Shown: one piece after another, positions 38,292 through 46,935 of the stretch
Layout of the letters: every line of letters starts with the position of its first letter
How positions within the stretch are numbered: the stretch's first letter is position 1
Assembly (NCBI GenBank): GCA_937950325.1
Contig: CALFDJ010000035.1
Span: 537 to 64,536 of the forward strand
Direction: 5' to 3'
DNA from: an uncultured Collinsella sp.
GTDB taxonomy: Bacteria; Actinomycetota; Coriobacteriia; Coriobacteriales; Coriobacteriaceae
DNA length: 64,000 bases
Notes under the pieces: generated by a model
Told to the model about the DNA's origin: nothing
The model's database searches: none
Seen by the model: only the letters and a program-made list of their open reading frames with translations
Made by a program: the position numbers and the translations under genes

Positions 38292-38302
38292 GATGAGCTA
38301 CG

Positions 38303-39130
38303 TTAACGAGCCGCCAAGATGGCGTCGATGAGCGTCAGTACGCCCCCGTCGTTGTTGCTCGGAATGCGCCACTTGGCGTGCGCGTTCATGTGCTCCTCGG
38401 CATTGTCTACGATAAAGCTGTGACCGACGCGCTCCAGCATGGGGATGTCGTTGTACGTATCGCCCACGGCGGCGGCGTCGGCAATATCGATGCCCAGGTG
38501 TTCGCACAGGTGCGCGACGCCGGCGCCCTTGTCGACGCCCAGGTTCATAAAGTCGATCCACTCGCGCCCGGCGTTGGTGACGTAGAGCTTGTCCGAGAAC
38601 TCGGGACTATAGGTCTCGCGGAAAGCGGGCTCGGCGTCGTAGCCGGGGAAGAAGACCGAAATCTTGTTGGACTCGAAATCAATGCCATCAAAGCTGTCGA
38701 CGTAGTTGATTGTGTTGTAGTAGACGCTGATCTCGTCGTGGTATTGATGGTCGCGGGCAAGCACGTAGAACTCGTCGAAGCAGCAAAGGACGGGGACAGC
38801 GCGCGGATCCTCCGAGGCACGGCTCAAGACCTGCTGATACAGCTCCACGTCAATAGTGCTCTTATAGATATAGCTGCCGCGATAGATCACGCACGCTCCG
38901 TTGTCGGGACAAAAGGCGAGGCGGTTCTTGACGCCCTCGAACATCTCCTCGAGCTTGGGGGCGGGACGTCCGCTGGCGGGGCAGAATACGATGTCGGCGT
39001 CGGCGAGCTTGTCTAGGCGCTCATCAAGACCCTGGGGCAGCACGCGCTCGTCGGTCAGCAGCGTCTTGTCCATGTCGACGGCGAGAATCTTAATGTTTCC
39101 GATATTGGCGTCCGATTCGTAAGTTTGCAT
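38303..39130 (-). CDS. Cof-type HAD-IIB family hydrolase
   Basis: 275 aa; motif I LAVDMDKTLL, and GDTYNDIPML near the C-terminus. Confidence 0.85.
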   Translation of the reverse strand: MQTYESDANIGNIKILAVDMDKTLLTDERVLPQGLDERLDKLADADIVFCPASGRPAPKLEEMFEGVKNRLAFCPDNGACVIYRGSYIYKSTIDVELYQQVLSRASEDPRAVPVLCCFDEFYVLARDHQYHDEISVYYNTINYVDSFDGIDFESNKISVFFPGYDAEPAFRETYSPEFSDKLYVTNAGREWIDFMNLGVDKGAGVAHLCEHLGIDIADAAAVGDTYNDIPMLERVGHSFIVDNAEEHMNAHAKWRIPSNNDGGVLTLIDAILAAR

Positions 39131-39404
39131 AAAAGCGAGCCTTTCGTTTCGAGATTGTTTCAGACGTTATAGCCATCAATTCGTAGTCGGGCGTATTTTC
39201 GCAGGAACGGAGCGTATTTGCACCACGCTTCACAAAGTAATGAAAAAACTTTTCAGAAATTTGAATTTGTCGCTTGTGCTGCGGGCACTTTAGCGTAATA
39301 TAGCGACCATCGAAAACGGAGACGGAAAAACAACCGCTTACCGAGGAAAAGGTACCGTTTACGATATTAGAATTGCGCCCGGCGATAGGTGAAAGGAGAG
39401 GCAG

Positions 39405-39479
39405 ATGCAGTTCGTAACGATCATCACCACTGCAGACAATGCCATCCGACGCCAGCGCGCAATTTCCCGACGACGATAA
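39405..39479 (+). CDS. Candidate Arg-rich leader peptide (24 aa) upstream of argG
   Basis: AAGGAGAGG SD, then ATG; the peptide is MQFVTIITTADNAIRRQRAISRRR and ends CGA-CGA-CGA-TAA; 205 nt upstream of argG on the same strand. Below the track length cutoff. Confidence 0.35.
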   Translation: MQFVTIITTADNAIRRQRAISRRR

Positions 39480-39684
39480 CAATCGTCTCTGTCCGCATGG
39501 GGCGAATTGCCTCAACAGAGTCATTTTGAGGTCGTTGGGTTTTAGCACGACATTGCTGCATGTTTCTAGGGCATGTATGTGCTGATTTTTGCTATTTAAC
39601 CTGATATTGCACGGTATATGACCTTGAAATGACTTGCAACTGACCGATGTTCTAACTAGCTACCAAGGGCGAAAGGAAACAGCC

Positions 39685-40911
39685 ATGAGCAAGGAAAAAG
39701 TCGTTCTCGCATATTCCGGTGGTCTTGATACATCCGTATGTGTCAAGTGGCTCCAGGACGAGAAGAATCTCGATGTCGTTTGTGTCTGCGGCAACGTGGG
39801 CCAGGAAGAGACCGGACTGGATGCCAAGAAGCAGAAGGCGCTCGACCTGGGCGTTCTCGATTGCCAGGTGCTCGACCTGCGCGACGAGTTCTCCGATGAG
39901 TTCCTGACCAAAGCCATTGCAGCAAACTCCATGTACGAGAACAAGTATCCGCTGCTCTCCGCCCTGTCTCGCCCGCTGCTTGCCAAGAAGCTTGTTGAGG
40001 TCGCCCACGAGTTTGGCGCGACCTACGTCGCCCACGGCTGCACCGGCAAGGGTAACGACCAGGTCCGTTTTGAGGCCGCCGTCAAGGCCCTCGACCCCGA
40101 GCTCAAGGTTATCGCCCCGGTTCGCGAGTGGGACCTGAAGTGTCGCCCCGACGAGGTCGCCTATGCCCACGCCCACAACGTGCCGGTTCCCGAGGGTGCC
40201 AACGACAACCCCTACTCCATCGACGACAACCTGTGGGGTCGTGCCATTGAGTGCGGTCACCTGGAGGATCCCTGGAATGAGCCGCTCGACGACGCTTGGG
40301 TTATGACCAAGAATCCCGAGGACACCCCGGACACCCCGACCTACACCGAGATTGAGTTTGAGGCCGGCAAGCCCGTCGCCGTCGACGGCAAGAAGATGAA
40401 GCTCTCTGAGATCGTCATCGCCCTCAACAAGATCTCCGGCGACAATGGCTTTGGCCGTCTCGATCTGGTCGAGGATCGCCTGGTGGGCCTTAAGAGCCGC
40501 GAGTGCTACGAGGTTCCCGGCGCCCTGACGCTCATCACCGCCCACAAGGCGCTCGAGGACATCTGCGTCGAGGGCGACCTGCTCAAGACCAAGATCAAGC
40601 TCGAGCAGGATTGGGCCACCGCCGTGTACAACGGCCAGTGGTACAGCCCGCTCAAGAACGCGCTCGATGCCTTTATGGCCGACACGCAAAAGTTCGTGAC
40701 CGGCACTGTCCGTCTGAAGTTCTTTAAGGGCAACTGCCATGTCGTCGGCCGCAAGAGCCCCTTCAGCCTCTACGACTACGGTCTGGCTACCTACGACCGC
40801 GACACCACGTTTGACGAGAAGGCCAGCGCCGGCTTTATCGAGATCGATACGCTGTCGCTCAAGACGTGGGCAAAGGTCCAGGGCCCCAGCTCTGCTGCTG
40901 CCCAGGCCTAG
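39685..40911 (+). CDS. argG: Argininosuccinate synthase
   Basis: Starts MSKEKVVLAYSGGLDTSV (N-type ATP-PPase motif); the rest matches ArgG throughout. Confidence 0.96.
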   Translation: MSKEKVVLAYSGGLDTSVCVKWLQDEKNLDVVCVCGNVGQEETGLDAKKQKALDLGVLDCQVLDLRDEFSDEFLTKAIAANSMYENKYPLLSALSRPLLAKKLVEVAHEFGATYVAHGCTGKGNDQVRFEAAVKALDPELKVIAPVREWDLKCRPDEVAYAHAHNVPVPEGANDNPYSIDDNLWGRAIECGHLEDPWNEPLDDAWVMTKNPEDTPDTPTYTEIEFEAGKPVAVDGKKMKLSEIVIALNKISGDNGFGRLDLVEDRLVGLKSRECYEVPGALTLITAHKALEDICVEGDLLKTKIKLEQDWATAVYNGQWYSPLKNALDAFMADTQKFVTGTVRLKFFKGNCHVVGRKSPFSLYDYGLATYDRDTTFDEKASAGFIEIDTLSLKTWAKVQGPSSAAAQA

Positions 40912-41064
40912 CGCCTCCTTCCCTTGGTATCCGCGCGGCCCATCCGCGTGATACATAACGGGCGCACGGGGTCCCTACCTTTCGTTATGCTTGCTGACAC
41001 TTCTTAACATCGGTGGCCCCTACGTTCCGCCCGCATATATGATGCCGCGTCTGCGGCTGAGTCC

Positions 41065-41094
41065 GAGCCCCGCCGGGGTTGTCCGGCGGGGCTC
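41065..41094 (+). terminator. Hairpin in the argG-argH spacer
   Basis: Perfect 12-bp stem GAGCCCCGCCGG / CCGGCGGGGCTC with a 6-nt loop and a weak T-tail. Confidence 0.5.
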
Positions 41095-41144
41095 CTTCTA
41101 TCAATTTGGCGGCTCTGTGCCTATATATATGAGGAGTATCCATT

Positions 41145-41315
41145 ATGTTCAATGCTATCGCGCATGCTTTGCTTGCCCTCGCGCCCGAGTTCGATGCTGT
41201 AAGGGTCGAGGACGTTCCTATGAGCCTGAAGGCCTGGATCGATGGTTCGCAGGGCAACATCCGGAGGGAGACGTTGGGCGCCAAGTGCATGGTGCGTCAC
41301 TTCTTTGCAAATTAG
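41145..41315 (+). CDS. Hypothetical 56-aa protein between argG and argH
   Basis: GAGGAG SD 8 nt before ATG 41145, preceded by AT-rich CTATATATAT; G/C-biased third positions; below the track length cutoff; no recognisable motif. Confidence 0.3.
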   Translation: MFNAIAHALLALAPEFDAVRVEDVPMSLKAWIDGSQGNIRRETLGAKCMVRHFFAN

Positions 41316-41433
41316 CCACATGGCCCCGCGCGCGGCAGGGAGTGTGTAAAACTAGCGGTTGATAAATCGCTTTAGCGACAGGGCACATTGCTTTGGACGC
41401 TTGTTTTGGTATTTGGAGAAAGGAGACGGTTCC

Positions 41434-42864
41434 ATGGCTCTTTGGGGCGGTCGTTTTGAGGCGGGCGTGGCCGAGGTCACGCAGGAGTTTGGCGCGTCGC
41501 TGCCGGTCGACAAACATCTCTATAAGCAGGATATCGCCGGCTCTAAGGCGCATGCCAAGATGTTGGCCGCCCAGGGCATCATCAGTGCCGAGGACGAGCA
41601 GGCGATTGCCAAGGGCCTGACCGGAATCGAACAGGATATCGATGCCGGCAACTTTACCTTCGACATCAACGATGAGGACATTCATATGTCCATCGAGAGC
41701 GAGCTGACGCGTCGCATCGGCGAGGCTGGCAAGCGCTTGCATACCGGCCGTTCGCGCAACGACCAGGTGGCGACCGATACGCGCCTGGGCGTCAAGGCGC
41801 TGGCCAAGGAGCTCATGGAGGCCAATCTTGAGCTGCGCCATGTGCTGGTGGATGCGGCCAAGAAGTACGACAAGGTGATTCTGCCGGGCTACACGCATAT
41901 GCAGCACGCTCAGCCCGTGCTGCTCTCGCATCATCTGCTGGCGTATTTCTGGATGTTCGCGCGCGACTTTACGCGCCTGAAGGCCGCCTTTGATGCCGCC
42001 GACAACTGCCCGCTTGGTGCTGCCGCGCTTGCCGGTACGAGCTATCCGCTCGATCGCCAGATGACGGCTGCCGAACTTGGCTTTGCGGGCGTGATCCCCA
42101 ACTCGCTCGATGCGGTTTCCGACCGTGATTTCCTGCTCGATCTGCATTACGCCGGATCCGTCATGGCGATGCACCTGTCGCGTCTTTCCGAGGAGATCGT
42201 GCTGTGGTCGAGCTCCGAATTTGGCTTTATCACGCTTTCAGACTCCTACTCCACCGGCTCGTCTATCATGCCGCAGAAGAAGAATCCCGACTTTGCCGAG
42301 CTTATCCGCGGCAAGAGCGGTCGCGTGTACGGCAACCTGGTGCAGCTGCTGGTAACCATGAAGGGCTTGCCGCTTGCTTATAACAAGGACTTGCAGGAGG
42401 ACAAGGAGGGCGCGCTCGATACCGCCCATACGCTCATGCAGTGCCTGTCCGTTATGGCCGGAATGATTTCGACTTGGACCGTCAACGAGGATGCCATGGC
42501 GCGCGAGTGCGGTGTGGGGCACCTTGCCGCCACCGATGTTGCCGATTACCTGGCCAAGCGTGGCCTGCCGTTCCGCGAGGCACATGCCGTGGTGGGCCAT
42601 CTGGTCCTGATGTGCGAGAAGCGCGGCTGCAATCTTGAGGACCTGCCGTTTGAGGTGTTCCAGGAGGCAAGCCCGCTCTTTGAGCGCGACATTACCGAGG
42701 CGCTCGACATCCCGTCGATTGTCGCCGCGCGCACGACCGAGGGCGGCACCGCCCCTGCCGCCGTTGCCGTGCAGCTGCAGCGTGCCGAGGCGCAGCTCGT
42801 GGCCGACGAGGGCGTGTTTGGATCGCTGACTAAGGTCGTCGAGATGGGTCACGGGGCAAAGTAG
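41434..42864 (+). CDS. argH: Argininosuccinate lyase
   Basis: Starts MALWGGRFE with a GGAGAAAGGAG SD; fumarate-lyase signature GSSIMPQKKNPD. Confidence 0.96.
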   Translation: MALWGGRFEAGVAEVTQEFGASLPVDKHLYKQDIAGSKAHAKMLAAQGIISAEDEQAIAKGLTGIEQDIDAGNFTFDINDEDIHMSIESELTRRIGEAGKRLHTGRSRNDQVATDTRLGVKALAKELMEANLELRHVLVDAAKKYDKVILPGYTHMQHAQPVLLSHHLLAYFWMFARDFTRLKAAFDAADNCPLGAAALAGTSYPLDRQMTAAELGFAGVIPNSLDAVSDRDFLLDLHYAGSVMAMHLSRLSEEIVLWSSSEFGFITLSDSYSTGSSIMPQKKNPDFAELIRGKSGRVYGNLVQLLVTMKGLPLAYNKDLQEDKEGALDTAHTLMQCLSVMAGMISTWTVNEDAMARECGVGHLAATDVADYLAKRGLPFREAHAVVGHLVLMCEKRGCNLEDLPFEVFQEASPLFERDITEALDIPSIVAARTTEGGTAPAAVAVQLQRAEAQLVADEGVFGSLTKVVEMGHGAK

Positions 42865-43249
42865 AGGTTTGGCTGAAGCCGTTTTGGCCATTTATTGAGG
42901 AATCGTTTTTGCTTTACGGGCGTCTGCTGTTGTGGGCGTCCGTATTTTGTTGCTATGGGGGAGGGGCTTGTCGAGAACTTCTGTAGGACCTTTGGGCAGG
43001 TTGTGAAGGGGATACGTTCGCGGGCGGCAACCGACCGCCTGCTCTGTTCGGCGCGGTTGATGGGCGGTCGGATGGTACTCTAATCGGGCTTCGAAACAGA
43101 AGTGACACATATGGAGCGCTTTAATAAATTGCAACGTTTCAATAAACAGCTTTTTGTTTAACTGCAGCTAAAACTCTGTTACGATGCAGTCCAGGCGGGT
43201 GCCGGAATGGGACTTGGGCACGCGCGAACCTACTTGAAAGGCTACTTTT

Positions 43250-43654
43250 ATGGCTATCGAGAAGACCTTCATCATGATTAAGCCCGACGCCGTGCGCGAC
43301 CGCAAGATCGGCGAGATCGTTGCTCGCATTGAGCGCAGCGGCCTTGTCATCGAGCGCATGGAGATGACCACGCTCGAGCGCGCTACCGTCGAGGAGCACT
43401 ACGCCCATCTGGCCGACAAGCCCTTCTTTGGCGGTCTCTGCGACTTTATGACGAGCGGTCCGGTCGTCAAGATGGTCGTTTCCGGTCTCTCCGCTGTTGC
43501 TAAGATGCGCACCCTCATGGGCGCTACTAATCCGCTTGACGCTGCTCCTGGTACCATCCGCGGCGACTTTGCCGTCGATGTCAACGCCAACGTGATCCAC
43601 GGCTCCGACTGCCTGGAGAACGCCGAGATTGAGATCAAGCGCTTCTTTGGCTAA
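43250..43654 (+). CDS. ndk: Nucleoside diphosphate kinase
   Basis: 134 aa; TFIMIKPDAV start and NVIHGSD active-site His motif. Confidence 0.95.
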   Translation: MAIEKTFIMIKPDAVRDRKIGEIVARIERSGLVIERMEMTTLERATVEEHYAHLADKPFFGGLCDFMTSGPVVKMVVSGLSAVAKMRTLMGATNPLDAAPGTIRGDFAVDVNANVIHGSDCLENAEIEIKRFFG

Positions 43655-43692
43655 ACCAGCTTTGACTCCTTAAAGCTGTTAGCGTGTGGCTT

Positions 43693-43729
43693 GGGCGCCG
43701 CGGAACTCCATCCGCGGCGCCCTTTTATT
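43693..43729 (+). terminator. Intrinsic terminator after ndk
   Basis: Perfect 12-bp stem GGGCGCCGCGGA / TCCGCGGCGCCC, then TTTTATT. Confidence 0.8.
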
Positions 43730-43742
43730 CCAAAATCTATGA

Positions 43743-43779
43743 AGGGGCCCGCTCGGTCATGAGTTCCGAGCGGGCCCCT
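43743..43779 (-). terminator. Hairpin terminator after rpiB
   Basis: Perfect 14-bp stem AGGGGCCCGCTCGG / CCGAGCGGGCCCCT, located 27 nt past the rpiB stop. Confidence 0.6.
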
Positions 43780-43805
43780 GCTGTTAGCTTGTGGCACTGA
43801 GTGGT

Positions 43806-44273
43806 TTAGGCTTCGTCGACGACCTTGAGGCCACGCGTGTGGTCGATCTCGTTGAGGAGATTGACGCGACGCTCGTGGCGACCACCCTCGAACTCGGCGT
43901 CGAGCCACTCGTCGACAATCATCTTGGCGAGTTCAGATCCCACGACGCGGGCGCCAAAGGCAAGCACGTTGGTGTTGTTGTGCATGCGGGAGAGCTTGGC
44001 GCTGAAGGGCTCGGAGCACACGACGGCGCGTACGCCCTCGACCTTGTTGGCGGCCAGGCTGATACCGACGCCGGTACCGCAGATCAGGATACCCAGATCG
44101 ACGTCACCGTTGGCAACGGCCTTACCCACCTTGTAGCCAGCGATGGGGTAATCAAAGCTCTCGGAGGTGTCGGTTCCAAAGTTCACGACCTCGCAGCCGC
44201 GCTCCTTCAGGTGCTCGGAAATGATGTTCTTGAGCTCGACGGCGGCATGGTCGTTGCCGATACCAATCTTCAT
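43806..44273 (-). CDS. rpiB: Ribose-5-phosphate isomerase B
   Basis: 155 aa; MKIGIGNDHAAVELK start and CGTGVGISLAANK motif. Confidence 0.93.
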   Translation of the reverse strand: MKIGIGNDHAAVELKNIISEHLKERGCEVVNFGTDTSESFDYPIAGYKVGKAVANGDVDLGILICGTGVGISLAANKVEGVRAVVCSEPFSAKLSRMHNNTNVLAFGARVVGSELAKMIVDEWLDAEFEGGRHERRVNLLNEIDHTRGLKVVDEA

Positions 44274-44354
44274 GAGTGGTTCCTCTCTGGTCCGTGCGGC
44301 GGAATTGCTAAAGGTTTTACCGCGTTCGACTGCATGATAGCGCGACTTTTGTGT

Positions 44355-44384
44355 AAACGCTCGAGCGTTTTTTGGTCAAACGCT
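44355..44384. promoter_or_regulatory. Palindrome AAACGCTCGAGCGTTT plus a third AAACGCT half-site
   Basis: Perfect 16-bp palindrome at 44355-44370 and AAACGCT again at 44378-44384, in the divergent rpiB / cyuA-like intergenic region. Confidence 0.3.
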
Positions 44385-44544
44385 TTAGCATGCAACAAGA
44401 CCGGCTTTTCATGAATGAATGCCGTCAGATTGTGCTTAAGCGCCGTCCGTCGGAACCATGGTTGCGGTTTCTGATGCATTGTTATCAAATAAAAGAGTTA
44501 ACTATTATCGAGAGCCCAGTTCGTTATGTAAGCAGGAGATACCT

Positions 44545-45864
44545 ATGTCTACCGATTCCATCCGCGATGCCGCTTTTTGTGATGTCTTGAACCGCGAGCT
44601 TGTCTGTGCGCTCGGCTGCACCGAGCCCATTGCCGTTGCCTATGCAGCGGCGCTGGCGAGCCAGACACTCGGTTGCGAACCCGATCATATGGACGTTGCC
44701 TGCTCGGGCAATATCATCAAGAACGTTAAGAGCGTGACCGTGCCCAACTCGGGCGGCATGCACGGTATTGAAGCGGCGGCCGTGCTGGGTGCCGTGGGCG
44801 GCGACGCCAAGAGTGCGCTCGAGGTGCTCGAGAGCGTCGATGACGCGGATCGCGCCCGCGTGGCCGAGCTGCTTGCTGATACGGACTACTGCGATGTGTC
44901 GCTTGTCGAGGGTGTGCCCAACCTCTACATCAAGGTGACTGCTACAGCCGGGGGCCATACCGCGGTCGTCGAGATTACCGATCACCACACCAATGTCACG
45001 TGCCATACGCTCGACGGTATTCCGGTGTGCGGCAAGTCGGCGGGGGAGTGTGCCGCCTGCGCCGAGCGCGTCGTGGCTGAGCGTGCGGCAGATAGCGCCG
45101 ACACGCCCATGTCGATTGAGTCCATCGTCGACTTTATCGAGGACGGTGACATTGAGGACGCCCGCGCTGCCGTTGAGCGTCAGATTGAGCTGAACGGTGC
45201 GATCAGTGCCGAGGGCCTGGCACACGCTTGGGGCGCCGAGGTTGGCCGTACGCTGTTGGGCGCTCGTGCCGATGACGTCGCCTGCCGTGCCCGTGCCCGT
45301 GCAGCCGCCGGGTCCGACGCCCGCATGAACGGCTGCGCGCTGCCGGTCGCCATCGTGTGCGGCTCGGGCAATCAGGGCATTACCTGCTCGCTGCCTGTTA
45401 TGGAGTATGCCGAGTATTTGCGCTGCGACCATGATCGCCTGGTTCGCGCCGTGATGCTGTCCGATCTGATCGCCGTGCATATCAAGAGCTATATTGGTGC
45501 GCTCTCGGCGTTTTGCGGTGCTATTTGCGCCGCATGCGGTGCCGGTGCCGCGATTACCTGGCTGTGCGGTGGCACGCGTGAGCAGATTGGCGCGACGGTC
45601 TCGAACACGCTCGGCAACGTGGGCGGCATCGTGTGCGATGGCGCCAAGGCGAGTTGCGCGGCTAAGATTTCGGCAGCCGTGGACGCTGCGATTCTGGGCC
45701 ACGATATGGCTATGCAGGGCCGTGGCTTCCGTGCCGGCGAGGGCCTGATCCAGGATACCGTCGAGCAGACAATCGCCAGCATGGGCTATGTAGGCCGTGT
45801 GGGCATGAAGGACACCGACGTCGAGATCCTAAACATCATGATCGGCAAGACTCGAGTCTGTTAG
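44545..45864 (+). CDS. UPF0597 / serine-dehydratase-alpha-like protein (YhaM/CyuA-type L-cysteine desulfidase family)
   Basis: About 439 aa from ATG 44545, with an AGGAG SD; N-terminal LGCTEPIAVAYAAA motif typical of the family. Confidence 0.65.
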   Translation: MSTDSIRDAAFCDVLNRELVCALGCTEPIAVAYAAALASQTLGCEPDHMDVACSGNIIKNVKSVTVPNSGGMHGIEAAAVLGAVGGDAKSALEVLESVDDADRARVAELLADTDYCDVSLVEGVPNLYIKVTATAGGHTAVVEITDHHTNVTCHTLDGIPVCGKSAGECAACAERVVAERAADSADTPMSIESIVDFIEDGDIEDARAAVERQIELNGAISAEGLAHAWGAEVGRTLLGARADDVACRARARAAAGSDARMNGCALPVAIVCGSGNQGITCSLPVMEYAEYLRCDHDRLVRAVMLSDLIAVHIKSYIGALSAFCGAICAACGAGAAITWLCGGTREQIGATVSNTLGNVGGIVCDGAKASCAAKISAAVDAAILGHDMAMQGRGFRAGEGLIQDTVEQTIASMGYVGRVGMKDTDVEILNIMIGKTRVC

Positions 45865-46619
45865 GACAGTTCGTTGGCTATTTGGTGTTCGTAGAAGGCT
45901 TCGATAACGGCGTTAAAGTCGCGGGCGAAGTCTTCCATGGTTCCGCGCCAGGTGGCTCGGCTGGGCTTGCCCTGGCCTACATAGGCAGTCTGAATGCCGC
46001 AGGCGGGGCTGGGGAAGTCGCGTTTGGGATCGTTGCCCACCATAAGGACCTCGTGCGGCTCGAGCCCCATCACCTGAAGCTGCTCTAGATAGTAGGTGGC
46101 ATCGGGCTTGCAGCGGGTGGTGTTTCCCATGTGCGTGACGAGCTCAAAGGGGGCGTCGGTCAGGTCGCCCCAACCCATGCGGCACTCGATGGCCCCCTGC
46201 GGAAAGCTGGGGTTGGTGAAGAGCGCGCAACGCAGTCCTGCGTCCTGTACAGCCTGGAGCGCGGCGTGCGCGCCGGGCATGGCGTGGGCGTTAATGACAT
46301 CGTCGTTCTTGTGCGGAAGAACTTCGCGGTCATAGTAGGTAAACGCCTCGTAGATGAGGGGATCGGAGAGGCAGATGCCGCACCGGCGCTCAACCTCTTC
46401 TTGGTAAAACTCAAGATTGGTGCGATTGTCCGTGCCACTGCGGCGGTTGGCGTTGAGGTCGACCAAGATGGTGCCGAGGCGTGCCATCGTGCCACCGCGG
46501 CTGCGTCGCCCGATGTCCGCGAGCATCGACGAGACATCCTTAAAATACCGAAGGATGAACGCGTTGAGGTTGATGCTAAGAAGCGTTTCGTCCATATCGA
46601 AAACGACTGCTTTGAGCAC
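45861..46619 (-). CDS. HAD-IA family hydrolase
   Basis: 252 aa, GTG start; motif I VVFDMDETLL and motif IV VGNDPKRD. Confidence 0.75.
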   Translation of the reverse strand: MLKAVVFDMDETLLSINLNAFILRYFKDVSSMLADIGRRSRGGTMARLGTILVDLNANRRSGTDNRTNLEFYQEEVERRCGICLSDPLIYEAFTYYDREVLPHKNDDVINAHAMPGAHAALQAVQDAGLRCALFTNPSFPQGAIECRMGWGDLTDAPFELVTHMGNTTRCKPDATYYLEQLQVMGLEPHEVLMVGNDPKRDFPSPACGIQTAYVGQGKPSRATWRGTMEDFARDFNAVIEAFYEHQIANELS

Positions 46620-46935
46620 GCGGGCACCTTTCTCGATAAATCGTTCTAGAATCGTTGGCTCCGGATACTTTACCTCAAAGGCGTATGGGCAAACTGCTTA
46701 TCGTCAAGTTGTGGAGACAGCTGTCCATAAGATTACGAAAAAGTCTCCACACGAGTAAAAAAACGCAGTTCACGCTTGAAATCGAACCCATTTCCCCGTA
46801 ACCTATACGAACGTGATTGCATAAGCGTCACATTAGTATCTGTCGGCTCCCGAGTGTTCCTAAACGTTGTGTGCTTGTCGCACCCTTCTGTAGGTCCTAG
46901 CAATCGGGGCCCCGTAGTTCGAAAGGGGTCCACCT

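Noticed and set aside
39090-39548. 152-aa minus-strand ORF in the HAD/argG intergenic region.
   Set aside because: It overlaps the HAD gene start, lies in AT-rich DNA lacking the genome's G/C3 bias, and has no SD and no motifs. The region is better explained as a divergent promoter and leader.
40985-41362. ORFs 40991..41362(+) of 123 aa, 40985..41290(-) of 101 aa and 41121..41321(-) of 66 aa in the argG-argH spacer.
   Set aside because: Their composition is Arg/Cys/Pro/Gly-rich, they have no SD, and they cross the strong hairpin. The 56-codon SD-preceded ORF at 41145..41315 is the only plausible coding candidate there.
42865-43249. Possible small gene or ncRNA between argH and ndk (ORFs 42895..43083 plus-strand and 42892..43134 minus-strand).
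   Set aside because: The translations are Cys/Arg/Gly-rich with no SD. I found no recognisable RNA family signature or strong conserved-looking structure, so it is left unannotated.
46911-46935. tRNA-like GTTCGAAA motif upstream of rpsA.
   Set aside because: There is no acceptor, D or anticodon arm context. The segment is the rpsA 5' leader containing the GAAAGGGG SD.
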